Positions 1 through 10,432 of a stretch of DNA of 64,000 nt are shown here, piece after piece. The stretch comes from Acidimicrobiia bacterium (GTDB taxonomy: Bacteria > Actinomycetota > Acidimicrobiia > Spongiisociales > ZC4RG35). Location of the stretch: contig JBHHWH010000002.1 of the NCBI GenBank assembly GCA_046756405.1, forward strand, positions 240 to 64,239, written 5' to 3'. Numbering within the stretch: position 1 is the first letter of the stretch; each line of letters opens with the position of its first letter. The notes beneath the pieces were generated by a model, which was not told the origin of the DNA, made no database searches, and was given only the letters and a program-made list of their open reading frames with translations. The position numbers and the translations under genes are program-made.

Positions 1-78
1 ATGATGGCGCTGCTGGCACTGGTGTTGGCGGCCTCAGGTGTGTTGCTGCTGGTGGCCACACGCAAGGCTGAGGACTGA
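1..78 (+). CDS. Possible small hydrophobic peptide (MMALLALVLAASGVLLLVATRKAED) or C-terminal tail of a gene truncated by the window start
   Basis: In-frame ATG at nt 1 to TGA at 76-78. Single predicted TM-like segment. No homology recognised. The window edge prevents knowing the true start. Confidence 0.15.
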   Translation: MMALLALVLAASGVLLLVATRKAED

Positions 79-104
79 GAGCAGGTCCATCCCCTCCTAG
101 GAGA

Positions 105-128
105 GCCCCGGGAGTAACCTCCCGGGGC
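105..128 (+). promoter_or_regulatory. GC-rich hairpin (10-bp stem gccccgggag/ctcccggggc, loop taac) 7 nt upstream of the folC start codon
   Basis: Perfect inverted repeat read directly from the sequence, followed by tttccc then ATG. Could be a terminator or attenuator of the upstream gene, or a translational control element for folC. No obvious SD for folC. Confidence 0.3.
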
Positions 129-134
129 TTTCCC

Positions 135-1421
135 ATGGACTACTCGAATGCCCTCGCCTACCTAGATCGCCACATCGGTCATGGTGTGAAGCCCGGTCTC
201 GAACGTATCCGCAGCCTGTTGGAGGCCATGGGACATCCCGAGCAGGGCTATCCGATAGTCCACGTGGCGGGTACCAACGGCAAGACCTCCACCGCCCGGC
301 TATGCACCCTCCTCCTGATGGCCCATGGCTTGACCACCGGGGCCTATACCTCGCCCCATCTCCAGCGAGTCGAAGAGCGTCTCGCCGTCAACGGCCGGAC
401 AGCCACCGAAAAGGAGTTTGCCCTCGCCGTTTCGGATGTGGTGGCCTTTGCTGACCTCCTGGAGGGAAGAGGCGCCGAGCCGAACACCTACTTCGAGCTC
501 ACCACGGCCAGTGCCTTCGCCTTCTTCGCCGAACAAGCGGTGAACGCCGCCGTACTCGAGGTGGGTTTGGGGGGGAGGCTGGATGCCACCAATGTGGTCG
601 AAGCCGAAGTATGTGTGGTCACCACCATCGACATCGAGCACACCGAGTACCTGGGCGACGACCTTGCCTCAATCGCCGCTGAGAAGGTCGCCATCACGGA
701 TCCCGGCTCGATCCTCGTCAGCGGACCCCTTCCCGATCCGGCCTTCGAGGTCGCCAGGGAGAGAGCCAGAGAGTTGGGGATTCAGCACCGTCGGTTCGGT
801 GCCGACTTCTCCTTAGGAGAGATCCGGCGAGGGGTCGGAGGATGGATGGCGACGGTGCACGGAGCCGAGGCCGACTACGAAGAGGTCTTTCTTCCCCTCC
901 ATGGTCGCTATCAGCTCGTCAACCTGACTATCGCCCTGGCCGCAGCAGAGGCCCTGGTGGGTCGCAGGCTGGACCCGGAGGCGGTGAGGACCGCCGCCGC
1001 CGCCGCCACGATGCCAGGGAGGATGGAGCCGCTACCGGGAGCTCCGTTCGTCATGATGGACGGAGCCCACAACCCAGTCGGGGTAGCCACCCTGGTGGAG
1101 TCGCTACGCGAGGAATACCCCACCCACCGATGGCACCTCCTCCTCGGTGTGATGGGGGACAAGGACGTGGAACTGATGCTGGCCCACCTTGCGCCCCTCC
1201 TCGACGGGGTGGTGGCGACGGCCGTCGAGTCGAAGCGGGCGGTGCCTGCCGCTGAGGTGGCGGAGCGGGCCTTGGGTGTCGTGGACGTCCCGGTCCTGGC
1301 CTCGGAGTCCGTCGAAGAAGGTCTCGACATGGTTCGGGCTGAAGCCGGCCCCGACGGTTCGGTGTTGGTCACAGGCTCGCTCTATCTGGTGGGTGACGTT
1401 CGCTCTCTCCTCCTGGGCTGA
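135..1421 (+). CDS. folC: Bifunctional folylpolyglutamate synthase / dihydrofolate synthase
   Basis: 428 aa. Mur-ligase-type P-loop [10 protein letters not shown]. Family-typical N-terminus ([23 protein letters not shown]) and C-terminal domain. Confidence 0.9.
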   Translation: MDYSNALAYLDRHIGHGVKPGLERIRSLLEAMGHPEQGYPIVHVAGTNGKTSTARLCTLLLMAHGLTTGAYTSPHLQRVEERLAVNGRTATEKEFALAVSDVVAFADLLEGRGAEPNTYFELTTASAFAFFAEQAVNAAVLEVGLGGRLDATNVVEAEVCVVTTIDIEHTEYLGDDLASIAAEKVAITDPGSILVSGPLPDPAFEVARERARELGIQHRRFGADFSLGEIRRGVGGWMATVHGAEADYEEVFLPLHGRYQLVNLTIALAAAEALVGRRLDPEAVRTAAAAATMPGRMEPLPGAPFVMMDGAHNPVGVATLVESLREEYPTHRWHLLLGVMGDKDVELMLAHLAPLLDGVVATAVESKRAVPAAEVAERALGVVDVPVLASESVEEGLDMVRAEAGPDGSVLVTGSLYLVGDVRSLLLG

Positions 1422-1461
1422 CTCGCTCTCGCACCTCCACCCCGATACCGTGGCCCGTCTG

Positions 1462-1866
1462 ATGGCTACAGAACACACCTTCGTGATGGTTAAACCCGAC
1501 GGCGTGGCCCGGGGTCTAGTTGGAGAGGTGATCTCCCGTTTCGAACGCAAAGGCCTCCGTCTGGAGAAGATCCGAATGCTCCACATCGACGAGGCCCTAG
1601 CGCGGCGCCACTACGCCGAGCACTTAGACAAGCCATTCTTCCCCAGCCTGCTGGAGTTCATCACCTCGGGTCCGGTGGTGGCAATGGAGTGGTCGGGTGA
1701 GTCGGCGATCTCGGTGTGCCGGGCCCTCATGGGAGCCACCAACCCCGGGGAGGCGGCCCCGGGAACGATCCGTGGAGATTTCGGACTCGAGGTCACCCAA
1801 AACCTGGTCCACGGCTCCGACGGCCCCGAAAGCGCAGCCCGAGAACTCGAGTTGTTCTTCGGCTGA
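1462..1866 (+). CDS. ndk: Nucleoside diphosphate kinase
   Basis: 134 aa from internal ATG ([31 protein letters not shown]...). Classic NDK motifs NLVHGSD and TIRGDFG. The track ORF 1189..1866 carries an overlapping N-terminal extension that is not NDK-like. Confidence 0.9.
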   Translation: MATEHTFVMVKPDGVARGLVGEVISRFERKGLRLEKIRMLHIDEALARRHYAEHLDKPFFPSLLEFITSGPVVAMEWSGESAISVCRALMGATNPGEAAPGTIRGDFGLEVTQNLVHGSDGPESAARELELFFG

Positions 1867-1878
1867 CCCATACCAGGC

Positions 1879-1917
1879 GTGTGCAGTAGTGCCGCCTACA
1901 GCGGCACTACTGCACAC
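1879..1917 (+). terminator. Perfect 17-bp-stem hairpin (gtgtgcagtagtgccgc ctaca gcggcactactgcacac) downstream of ndk
   Basis: Perfect inverted repeat 13 nt after the ndk stop. No U-tract, which is common for high-GC intrinsic terminators. Lies between ndk and mreB. Confidence 0.5.
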
Positions 1918-1989
1918 GGATGAGACCTCCTATGGCAGAAGTCGCCAAGGGTCCCTACAATTTCCCGGTCTCTCCGGGAGCATCCCCTA

Positions 1990-3021
1990 ATGGCTGAAAC
2001 TCTCTTTTCCCTGGCTGGCCAGGACATGGCCATCGACCTGGGCACCGCCAACACCCTGGTGTACGTGCGCGGGCGAAGCATCGTCCTCAACGAACCCTCG
2101 GTGGTGGCGATCAACACCCAGAACAATAAGGCCCTGGCGGTCGGGATGGAAGCTAAGCGGATGATCGGAAGGACCCCGGCATCGATCACCGCGATTCGAC
2201 CACTTCGGGATGGTGTCATAGCCGACTTCGATATCACCGAGAAAATGCTTCGCTACTTCATCCAGAAGGTCCACCACCGTCGCTGGGCCCGTCCAAGGAT
2301 CGTGGTCTGTGTCCCTTCGGGGATCACTCCCGTGGAACGCCGGGCCGTGGAGGAGGCGGCCTACCACGCAGGAGCGCGGAGGGCCTACACGATCGAAGAA
2401 CCAATGGCCGCCGCTATCGGTTCCGGGCTTCCCATAGGCGAGCCATCGGGGTCGATGGTGGTGGACATCGGAGGAGGCACCACCGAGGTGGCGGTGATCT
2501 CCTTGGGAGGCATCGTGGTCTCACGCTCCATTCGGGTCGGGGGTGACGAGATGGACGCGGCGATCATCGACTGGATCAAGAAGGAACACAACGTGCTGGT
2601 CGGCGAGCGCACCGCCGAACAGCTCAAGATAGCCATCGGGTCCGCCTGGCCCTATGCCGACGAACCCGCCGCCGAGGTGAGGGGAAGGGACCTGGTCACC
2701 GGCCTACCGAAGACAATCCTCCTGTCCAGCCAGGAAGTACGCGAGGCGATTGAAGAGCCAACCCAGGCCGTTGTCGACGCTGTTAAGTACACCCTCGACA
2801 AGACCCCGCCGGAACTCGCCGCGGACATCGTCGAGAGGGGGATCGTCCTCACCGGGGGAGGGGCGCTGTTGATGGGTCTCGACCACCGACTGGCCCACGA
2901 GACGGGGATGCCCATCGTCACCGCGGCGAACCCGCTCCACTCGGTGGTGCTCGGCTCGGGCAAGTGTCTGGAGGAGTTCGACACCCTGCACGCGGTGTTG
3001 GCATCCTCAGCTCGGCCATGA
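1990..3021 (+). CDS. mreB: Rod shape-determining actin homolog MreB
   Basis: 343 aa. Actin-fold phosphate motifs ([25 protein letters not shown]). Followed by mreC and mreD. Confidence 0.95.
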   Translation: MAETLFSLAGQDMAIDLGTANTLVYVRGRSIVLNEPSVVAINTQNNKALAVGMEAKRMIGRTPASITAIRPLRDGVIADFDITEKMLRYFIQKVHHRRWARPRIVVCVPSGITPVERRAVEEAAYHAGARRAYTIEEPMAAAIGSGLPIGEPSGSMVVDIGGGTTEVAVISLGGIVVSRSIRVGGDEMDAAIIDWIKKEHNVLVGERTAEQLKIAIGSAWPYADEPAAEVRGRDLVTGLPKTILLSSQEVREAIEEPTQAVVDAVKYTLDKTPPELAADIVERGIVLTGGGALLMGLDHRLAHETGMPIVTAANPLHSVVLGSGKCLEEFDTLHAVLASSARP

Positions 3022-3037
3022 GCCCCGCCGCTCCTTC

Positions 3038-3952
3038 ATGCTGAACCGCGAATCTCGAGACCGGACCCTGCCCACCCTCATCACACTGCTGGTACTGGGC
3101 GTGGTTCTCATGACCTACTCGGTACGCGTCTCAGGCGGCGGTGTCGTCGCCGTCCTGCGCTCGGGGACCCAGACCATCATGGCCCCCTTCCAAAAGGGGG
3201 TCGCCTACGTGCTCGGCCCGGTAGCCGACCTGGTCGACTCTCTAGGCGGGGTCGCCACCCTCCAGGAGGAGAACCTGGTGCTCCGCCGCGAGCTGGCCGA
3301 GGCCGAGGCGGCCCTCGTGGCCGTCCAGGACGAGGTCGCCCGGCTCCGGCTTCTGGAGCATCTCTACGACCTGGAGGCCGCGGGTAGCGAGCTGGGAAGG
3401 ACGGTGGCAAACGTGATCGGCAGGCCCGACGCCTTCGATGCTGCTCTGATCATCGACAAAGGATCCTCCGATGGGATCGCCCCCGGCCAGCCGGTCATCG
3501 ACACCAACGGATATGTGGTCGGCTCGGTCAAGACGGTGACCGGGGGTACCGCGACCATCGTCCCCATCGTCTCCGACCGACAGGGGGTGACGGTCATCGT
3601 GGGCAACCAGGTCGGCACCCTGCTCTCCCAGGTAGGGAGGGAGGAAATGCGCCTGGAGATCTTCGACGCCCGGGAGCCGGTCCTTGCAGGTGATCGGGTC
3701 CTGACGTCGGCCGTATCGGCACGGTTTCCGGCTGGTCTCCCCGTGGGAGAGGTGCTCAACGATGCCACGCCGACGGTGGGTAACCTCACCGCCCAGGTCG
3801 AGCCCTATGTAGATCCCGAGCTGCTGCGCATCGTCATCGTCCTCGCTTGGCCACCCGACCCGGTAGCTGCTGTGCTGGACGAAACGACCACGACCACAAC
3901 GACCTCTACCCTGCCCTCTACTACGACGTCCACCCACCCGGAGGAGGGCTGA
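3038..3952 (+). CDS. mreC: Rod shape-determining protein MreC (Thr-rich C-terminal tail)
   Basis: 304 aa. N-terminal TM, coiled-coil, then a beta-rich periplasmic domain. Sits between mreB and mreD. Stop overlaps the mreD start (ATGA). Confidence 0.85.
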   Translation: MLNRESRDRTLPTLITLLVLGVVLMTYSVRVSGGGVVAVLRSGTQTIMAPFQKGVAYVLGPVADLVDSLGGVATLQEENLVLRRELAEAEAALVAVQDEVARLRLLEHLYDLEAAGSELGRTVANVIGRPDAFDAALIIDKGSSDGIAPGQPVIDTNGYVVGSVKTVTGGTATIVPIVSDRQGVTVIVGNQVGTLLSQVGREEMRLEIFDAREPVLAGDRVLTSAVSARFPAGLPVGEVLNDATPTVGNLTAQVEPYVDPELLRIVIVLAWPPDPVAAVLDETTTTTTTSTLPSTTTSTHPEEG

Positions 3953-4455
3953 TGCACCTCCGAACCAGCCTGATCATCGGAGTGGTCCTCTTGGGAGCGG
4001 TGCTGGTGCAGACCACTCTCTTCGGCCAACTTCGGATCGTCTCGCCAGACTTGGTCTTGTTGGTGGCGATCCTGCTCACGTTGACCAGGATCCGTCCCGA
4101 GGCCATCCTGGGCATCGCTTTCGGTGCCGGACTGGTGGTCGACCTGCTCGGATCTTCTGTGCTGGGGCTTCGAGCCGTAGTGTTCAGCACCGTCGCCTAC
4201 GCTGCTATCCGTACCAGGGAGCAGGCCGAGATCGGTCGGCTGGCCACCGCCCTATGGGCTGGGGTGCTCTCTCTCGCCGGCGTGGTGATGCTGCTGGTCC
4301 TGGCGACCCTCTTCGGTCAGTCCAGCCTGCTGGGCCCCGACCTTGCCAGGAGTCTGTTAGTGGTGCCCGTGGCCAACCTCGTGCTGGCGGCACTTTTCGC
4401 TCCCGGTTTCGTACGATTGGTCGACCACGACACGACGGCTTACCGGTTCACATGA
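3952..4455 (+). CDS. mreD: Rod shape-determining protein MreD
   Basis: 167 aa polytopic membrane protein starting MHLRTSLIIGVVLLGAVLV. Position after mreC. ATG overlaps the mreC stop. The track ORF 3847.. has an upstream extension overlapping mreC. Confidence 0.7.
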   Translation: MHLRTSLIIGVVLLGAVLVQTTLFGQLRIVSPDLVLLVAILLTLTRIRPEAILGIAFGAGLVVDLLGSSVLGLRAVVFSTVAYAAIRTREQAEIGRLATALWAGVLSLAGVVMLLVLATLFGQSSLLGPDLARSLLVVPVANLVLAALFAPGFVRLVDHDTTAYRFT

Positions 4456-6437
4456 AGTTCTCAGTGCGCCTCAGCATCATCGGCCTGGTCTTCATCGTCA
4501 TGTTCTCCGTCGTCGGGCTGAGGCTGTGGTTCGTCCAGATCGCCGAAGGACCGGCCATCGCCCAAGCGGCGGAGAACCAAACCTGGCTGCACAAGGTCAG
4601 CTATGCCCCCCGGGGGGACATATACGACCGTAACGGGGTTCTCCTCGCCACGAGCCGCATGGTGCCGGCGGTGTTCGTCGATCGAACCTTCGTCGACCCC
4701 GACGAGAGGGAAGAGCTGATTCAGCGCCTCTCGGCGATCCTCGGGATAGACGCCGAGCAGTTGGATGCGATGTATGAGGAGGCGGGGATCAACGGACGCT
4801 TCAAGGTGGCCGCTGTCCCGACGGATCTGGCGTATCAGATAAACGAGCAGCTAGAAGAACTCCCCGGGGTCGAGATCGCCAAAGCACCCCAGCGGGTCTA
4901 CCTGTCCGGGCCCACCCTGGCCCATGTGGTCGGATATTTGGGCTCGGTTGGCGAAGAAGACCTGGAGAAACGTCCCGATCTGGATCCGAACCTGCGCATC
5001 GGCAAGCTGGGAGTAGAGGGGTATTACGACGAGCTACTCCAGGGGGCTTCGGGGGTTCTGGAATACCGGGTCTACCGGGGTGAGATCATCGACCAGAAAC
5101 CCCCAGTGGAGCCCGAGCAGGGCAGCTCGCTGATGCTCAGCGTCGACCTTCAGCTTCAGGAGCTGGTGGAGAGGGCCCTGGAGCAGGGGATCGAACTCTC
5201 CAACTCGATCAAGGACGAGAGGCGGGCCGAGGGTGACGAGGAGGTCTTCAACGTCACCGAGAGCGCGGCGGCGGTGGTGTTGGACGCCCAGACCTTCGAG
5301 GTGCTAGCCATGGCCTCGGTGCCCGATTTCGACCCTCAGCTCTTCGACCCTGGAATTAGTGATGAGCAGTGGGACGAACTACAGCGGATAAAGGCACTCA
5401 GCAATCTGGCCATCACCGCAGCGCCGCCAGCCTCGACCTTCAAGGCCATCACCTACACCGTATTCCAAGAAGAGGACCTTCCCCTTCCGGAGGGGATCGA
5501 AGGTGTGGACGTGGAGAACCGGTTGGTCAACTGTGATGGTCAGCTCGAGCTGCCCGACCTGGCCGATGGTTCGGCGCAGGTGAAGAAGGACTGGTACTAC
5601 AAGAGGTTCGATTTCGGGTGGAAGGACGTCGACGGGGCCCTGGAGGTTTCCTGCAACATCTTCTTCTGGAACGTTGGCCTGGGTACATGGCGGGCCTTCA
5701 AGGAGACCCCCCGGGAGAACATCCTCCAGGACTGGGCAAAGAGGCTCGGCTATGGAGTTCCGACCGGGGTGGACCTGGTCGGGGAGGCGGACGGTCAGGT
5801 GCCCACGCGGGAGCTGTTCGAGGAGCTGGCCGAGGAACAGCGGGCAACCGGCAAGGTGTTGCTACATCCCAGCCGTCTCGAACAGCCCAGCCCCTGGCTG
5901 GGCGGTGATCTGATGGACTTCGCCATCGGGCAAGGGTTCTTCACCGCTACGCCGCTCCAGGTGGCCGTCTCCTATGCCGCCGTGGTCAACGGAGGGATGG
6001 TCAAAGAGCCCCGGGTGGCCCGGGGCGTGGTCGCCCCCACCGGGGAGCTGGTGGAGGAGTTCACCGCGCCAGTGGTCCGGTTGGTCTCCATCTCGGAGGA
6101 GACCCGACGTGGACTACTCGACGGCCTCAACGCGGTGGTCAACATCAACGCCGGCACTCCGGACAGGGGCACAGCCTGGCGCGCCTTCGAAAACTTCGGA
6201 CCAGGCATCGACAACGTAGGCGGAAAGACCGGCACCAGCCAGCTCTCCAAGACCGAAGATCCCCACGCCTGGTTCGTGGGCGTGGCGCCGTTAGACAATC
6301 CCCGCTACATCGTGGTCGTGTTCATAAAGAATGGAGGCTCTGGTGGCGCGGTGGCTGCTCCCGTGGCGCGGCATATCCTCCAGTACCTGATGGGGAACGA
6401 GCCCACCCCAATAGTTGCTGGTGAGGTGGCGGACTGA
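4452..6437 (+). CDS. mrdA: Penicillin-binding protein 2 (elongasome transpeptidase)
   Basis: About 661 aa from the ATG overlapping the mreD stop (MKFSVRLSIIGLVF...). PBP dimerisation domain plus transpeptidase motifs STFK (PASTFKAI) and KTG (GGKTGTSQ). Upstream of rodA. Confidence 0.85.
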   Translation: MKFSVRLSIIGLVFIVMFSVVGLRLWFVQIAEGPAIAQAAENQTWLHKVSYAPRGDIYDRNGVLLATSRMVPAVFVDRTFVDPDEREELIQRLSAILGIDAEQLDAMYEEAGINGRFKVAAVPTDLAYQINEQLEELPGVEIAKAPQRVYLSGPTLAHVVGYLGSVGEEDLEKRPDLDPNLRIGKLGVEGYYDELLQGASGVLEYRVYRGEIIDQKPPVEPEQGSSLMLSVDLQLQELVERALEQGIELSNSIKDERRAEGDEEVFNVTESAAAVVLDAQTFEVLAMASVPDFDPQLFDPGISDEQWDELQRIKALSNLAITAAPPASTFKAITYTVFQEEDLPLPEGIEGVDVENRLVNCDGQLELPDLADGSAQVKKDWYYKRFDFGWKDVDGALEVSCNIFFWNVGLGTWRAFKETPRENILQDWAKRLGYGVPTGVDLVGEADGQVPTRELFEELAEEQRATGKVLLHPSRLEQPSPWLGGDLMDFAIGQGFFTATPLQVAVSYAAVVNGGMVKEPRVARGVVAPTGELVEEFTAPVVRLVSISEETRRGLLDGLNAVVNINAGTPDRGTAWRAFENFGPGIDNVGGKTGTSQLSKTEDPHAWFVGVAPLDNPRYIVVVFIKNGGSGGAVAAPVARHILQYLMGNEPTPIVAGEVAD

Positions 6438-7591
6438 TGACCCTCAAGACCCGCATCCGAGAAGTGGCGGTGGTCCGGCGGGACAACCGATCTGACCGAA
6501 TCCTCTTCGGAACCATGCTGGCCCTCTCTGGTTTTGGACTCTTGATGATCTACTCGGCCACCCGTAGCTCGGGAACCTTCTCGATGGAGCGGCAGATGGT
6601 CTTCGTGGCCGCCGGTCTCATCCTCTACTTCGTCGTTTCCAACATCGACTACCGGGAGTACAGGAGCCTTATCCCGGTGGCCTCGGCCATCACCCTTCTG
6701 GTCCTGCTTTTGGTGTTCCTCTTCGAGCCGGTGAACGGGGCCCAGCGCTGGATCGACCTGGGCTTTTTCAAGCTCCAGCCGGCGGAATTCGCCAAGGTGG
6801 TGGTGATCGTGGCCCTGGCAGGTCTGCTGTCGCCCCAGCATCGCGAGGAACTGGGACCGGGGTTCGTCACCTGGACCAAGGTGGCCCAGGCGATGGCGAT
6901 TGTGGCTATCCCGGCGATCTTCATCTACCGCCAACCCGACCTGGGGACGACCCTGGTGTTCGGCTTCATCCTGTTCGCCATGCTCTTTGTTGCCGGAGCC
7001 TCGTGGCGTCAGATGGTGGCCCTCGCCGTCACTGCGGCTGCAGGGGTGGCGGCGGTGTTGAGATTCGGCCTGCTCAGCGCCTACCAGATGAACCGGATCC
7101 GGGTGCTCTTCGACCCCACCATCGATCCCAGCGGCATCGGCTACAACCTGCGCCAGTCCAAGGCGGCGATCGGATCCGGTCAGCTCTTCGGCAAGGGGCT
7201 CTTCCAGCCGGGCACCCTTACCGACTTCCAGTATGTGCCCGAACAGGAGAACGACTTCATCTTCACTGCCGTCGGTGAACAACTCGGTTTCATCGGGGGG
7301 ATCCTGGTGCTGGCGGCCTTCGCGGTGATCATTTGGCGGCTTCTGGTTATCGCCGCCAACTCCAGGGACCGTTTCGGGGCCCTCATCGCCTCGGGCATCG
7401 CGGCGATGGTCATGTTCCACGTTTTCGTCAACATAGGAATGACCGTGGGGATCATGCCGGTTACCGGGCTGCCCCTCCCCTTCCTCAGCCAGGGCGGATC
7501 GTTCTATCTGGCCATGGCTCTAGCCCTGGGCATCGCCAACTCGATCTGGCTCATGCGGACTCCCGTGCCGGGCGAAAACCAGCTCGGCTGA
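6437..7591 (+). CDS. rodA: SEDS-family peptidoglycan glycosyltransferase RodA (FtsW/RodA/SpoVE)
   Basis: 384 aa, 10-TM SEDS protein. ATG overlaps the mrdA stop (ATGA). Canonical mrdA-rodA pairing. Confidence 0.9.
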   Translation: MTLKTRIREVAVVRRDNRSDRILFGTMLALSGFGLLMIYSATRSSGTFSMERQMVFVAAGLILYFVVSNIDYREYRSLIPVASAITLLVLLLVFLFEPVNGAQRWIDLGFFKLQPAEFAKVVVIVALAGLLSPQHREELGPGFVTWTKVAQAMAIVAIPAIFIYRQPDLGTTLVFGFILFAMLFVAGASWRQMVALAVTAAAGVAAVLRFGLLSAYQMNRIRVLFDPTIDPSGIGYNLRQSKAAIGSGQLFGKGLFQPGTLTDFQYVPEQENDFIFTAVGEQLGFIGGILVLAAFAVIIWRLLVIAANSRDRFGALIASGIAAMVMFHVFVNIGMTVGIMPVTGLPLPFLSQGGSFYLAMALALGIANSIWLMRTPVPGENQLG

Positions 7592-7610
7592 ACCGGTTAC
7601 GCTCGCCTCC

Positions 7611-8198
7611 ATGTTCCGACCCAGTCACACCGGATGGGTGGAGGTCATCTGCGGGCCGATGTTCTCCGGAAAGAGCGAAGAGCTGATCCGTCGTGTCACC
7701 CGCTCCAAGATCGCCCGGATCCCCGTCCAGGTCTTTAAGCCTCAACTCGACACCCGCTACTCGTCTGCCGAAGTCGTCTCCCACTCCGAGCTGAAGGTGG
7801 ACGCCCTTCCGGTGCGGGACTCCCTCGAACTGCTTAGGGCGGTACAGGACACGACCCAGGTGATCGGAATCGACGAGGGCCAGTTTTTCGACGGCGGGCT
7901 GGTGGAAGTCGTGGACAACCTGGCGGCTACCGGCAAGCAGGTGATCGTCGCCGGTCTCGACACCGACTACCTGCGCCGTCCCTTCGAGCCGATTCCTACC
8001 CTCTGCGATCGGGCCGAGTACGTGACCAAGATGCTGGCTGTTTGTCACCGCTGCGGCGGACCCGCTCTCTACACCCAGCGCTTGGTCCGCTCCGATGATC
8101 TGGTGGTGCTGGGCGCCCAGGATGCCTACGAGGCTCGCTGCCGCATGTGCTATGACCCGGAGGAGCCACAGCAGCCGGCGCTGGGCCTGGAGGAGTGA
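7611..8198 (+). CDS. tdk: Thymidine kinase
   Basis: 195 aa. P-loop GPMFSGKSEELIRR. C-terminal Zn-ribbon cysteines (CHRCGG...CRMC). Confidence 0.9.
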   Translation: MFRPSHTGWVEVICGPMFSGKSEELIRRVTRSKIARIPVQVFKPQLDTRYSSAEVVSHSELKVDALPVRDSLELLRAVQDTTQVIGIDEGQFFDGGLVEVVDNLAATGKQVIVAGLDTDYLRRPFEPIPTLCDRAEYVTKMLAVCHRCGGPALYTQRLVRSDDLVVLGAQDAYEARCRMCYDPEEPQQPALGLEE

Positions 8199-8441
8199 TC
8201 CGGCCAGTTCAGGGTGCCTGCTAGCCTGAGGTCTGCACGCGCACAGGCGCGACCCCCTTTTGCTCTTTCGGAGTGAACCGCTTTATGACCTTGAACGTCG
8301 CAGAAACGATGCAACTCATCCCCACAGGCCCGGCGACCACGGCCGGTGGCCGTGGTGGGTTGCACAGCCCAGGCGGCTTTCACCTATCCGCCCGCCAGGA
8401 TTCGGGCCTCCAAACATCGAATTCTCAGTGGAGTGAAAACC
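8199..8441 (+). promoter_or_regulatory. Long (about 243 nt) structured 5' leader upstream of rne
   Basis: No ORF with homology. Contains a hairpin ccacggc-cggtg-gccgtgg and an SD (ggagtgaaaacc) before the rne ATG. RNase E genes are known to have autoregulatory leaders in E. coli; by analogy only. Confidence 0.3.
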
Positions 8442-9986
8442 ATGGCTCTTTTCCATCGCAAGGGCCCCGAGATTGTTCGCAAGTCCACCTCGGAAGGCAC
8501 CGTCGAAGAACGCAAGATCGTCCGGGTTAGAGGAAAGAAGGTAGAGGTTCGGAGGGTAGAGGCACCCTCGCAGAAGAAGACCCGGGCCGACAAACGCCGC
8601 AAGAAGAAGACCCCCGACAAGTCATCCAACGGGATAGTCACCTCCCGAACTCGAACCCGCCGACCCGTTGACGACGAGATCATCGTCCCTACCGAATCGG
8701 CGAGGAAGCAGATGCTGGTGAGTGTCAGCCCTCACCAGACCCAGATTGTCATCCTGGAGGGCCCTGTCCTCGTCGAACACTATGTGGCCCGGGAGGACTC
8801 CAACTCAGTGGCGGGCAACATCTACCTGGCGGTGACCCGGAACGTTCTGCCGGGCATGGAGGCCGCCTTCCTTGACTTCGGCGCTTCCAAGAACGGGGTG
8901 CTCTACGCCTCGGACGTGGCAGTGCCGGGTAGGGAGGGCAACCGAAAGCCGCTGCGCATCGAAGAGGTCCTTTCCGAGGGCACCGAGGTTCTGGTCCAGG
9001 TCACAAAGGATGCGATGGGTGCCAAGGGCGCACGCCTCACCGGGACGCCGTCTCTTCCCGGCCGATACCTGGTTCTGGTTCCCAACTCGGACAACATCGG
9101 CATCAGCCGCCGCCTACCCGACTCGGACCGGAACCGCCTCCGCGACACCATCAACCGGGTCAAGCCCTCCGGGTACGGGGTGATCGTGCGCACGGCAGCG
9201 TTGTATGCCTCGCCGGAGGATCTCGCCGCGGACATCTCCCGCCTGGTCAAGGAATGGGAGCGGATCACGGAGGAGGCCGCCAAAGGGGGCGCTCCCCGCC
9301 TCATCTACAAGGAGCCCGATCTGCTCATAAAGGTCATCCGGGAGCACTTCACTCCAGACTTCCGCAAGCTGCTGATCGACGACGTCGAGGCCTACCACGC
9401 GGTGGTCGACTATCTCCATGCGACCGCTCCCGAGCTGGTCTCCAAGGTCCACCACTACCAGGACTCGATTCCTCTCTTCGACCGCTACCACGTCGAGGAC
9501 CAGCTCAAAAAGGCTCTGGACCGCAAGGTCTACCTGCCTTCGGGAGGCCACCTGGTCATCGACCGCACCGAGGCCCTGACGGTGATCGACGTCAACACCG
9601 GCAAGTTTGTCGGCTCCTCCAACCTGGAGGAGACGGTCCTCCAGAACAACCTGGAGGCGGCCGAGGAGATCGGCCGTCAGCTCCGGTTGCGCGACATCGG
9701 CGGGATCATCGTCATCGACTTCATCGACATGGAGTCGACGAAGAACCAACAGAAGGTGCTGCGCCGCCTGAAGGAGACCCTGGCCAAGGACAAGACCCGC
9801 ACCCAGGTCTTCGACGTCTCTCACCTCGGTCTGGTGGAGATGACCAGGAAGAACGTCTCCGCCGGTCTTCTCGAACAGTTCTCCCGAAAGTGCGAGCACT
9901 GTGCCGGGCGGGGGATCATCATCGATGAGTCGTTCCGTCCCACTCCGGTGTCGATGGAGGCGGCGGCCGCGGAGATGGAGCAGTGA
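8442..9986 (+). CDS. rne: RNase E/G-family endoribonuclease with Arg/Lys-rich N-terminal extension
   Basis: About 514 aa from internal ATG (MALFHRKG...). S1 domain, DNase-I-like and Zn-link regions (VIDFIDM, CEHCAGRG). Conserved rne-rplU-rpmA-obg neighbourhood. Confidence 0.85.
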   Translation: MALFHRKGPEIVRKSTSEGTVEERKIVRVRGKKVEVRRVEAPSQKKTRADKRRKKKTPDKSSNGIVTSRTRTRRPVDDEIIVPTESARKQMLVSVSPHQTQIVILEGPVLVEHYVAREDSNSVAGNIYLAVTRNVLPGMEAAFLDFGASKNGVLYASDVAVPGREGNRKPLRIEEVLSEGTEVLVQVTKDAMGAKGARLTGTPSLPGRYLVLVPNSDNIGISRRLPDSDRNRLRDTINRVKPSGYGVIVRTAALYASPEDLAADISRLVKEWERITEEAAKGGAPRLIYKEPDLLIKVIREHFTPDFRKLLIDDVEAYHAVVDYLHATAPELVSKVHHYQDSIPLFDRYHVEDQLKKALDRKVYLPSGGHLVIDRTEALTVIDVNTGKFVGSSNLEETVLQNNLEAAEEIGRQLRLRDIGGIIVIDFIDMESTKNQQKVLRRLKETLAKDKTRTQVFDVSHLGLVEMTRKNVSAGLLEQFSRKCEHCAGRGIIIDESFRPTPVSMEAAAAEMEQ

Positions 9987-10063
9987 GCGCCACGCTTTGC
10001 GCATCCCCGTCCAGTCGGTACCATTCAGGGTGAATTCCCCCTTTTTCGCAGAGAGGTTTTGTC

Positions 10064-10429
10064 ATGTACGCCATCATCCGGGCCGGCGGCAAGCAGGCCA
10101 AGGTCAAGTCGGGTGATGTCATCGACATCGAGCGTGTCAAAGGCGACGCTGAGGAGCTGACCTTCGCTCCGCTGCTGATCGTCGACGACAGCGGCGTCGC
10201 CGTCTCCGACCGCGATGTTCTGGCCGGAGCGACCGTCACCGCCAAGGTGATCGGCGAGACCATGGGCCCGAAGATCGACATCTTCAAATACAAGTCGAAG
10301 ACCGGCTACCGCCGGCGCCAGGGTCACCGCCAGAAGTACACCCAGATCGAGATCACCGGGATCAACCTGCCCGGGCAGGCCAAGAAGAAGTCCGCGGCGT
10401 CGAAGGCCGCGGCCTCGGAAGAGGAGTGA
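10064..10429 (+). CDS. rplU: 50S ribosomal protein L21
   Basis: MYAIIRAGGKQAKVKSGDVIDIERV... with a Lys/Ala-rich C-terminal tail. Confidence 0.95.
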   Translation: MYAIIRAGGKQAKVKSGDVIDIERVKGDAEELTFAPLLIVDDSGVAVSDRDVLAGATVTAKVIGETMGPKIDIFKYKSKTGYRRRQGHRQKYTQIEITGINLPGQAKKKSAASKAAASEEE

Positions 10430-10432
10430 TCG

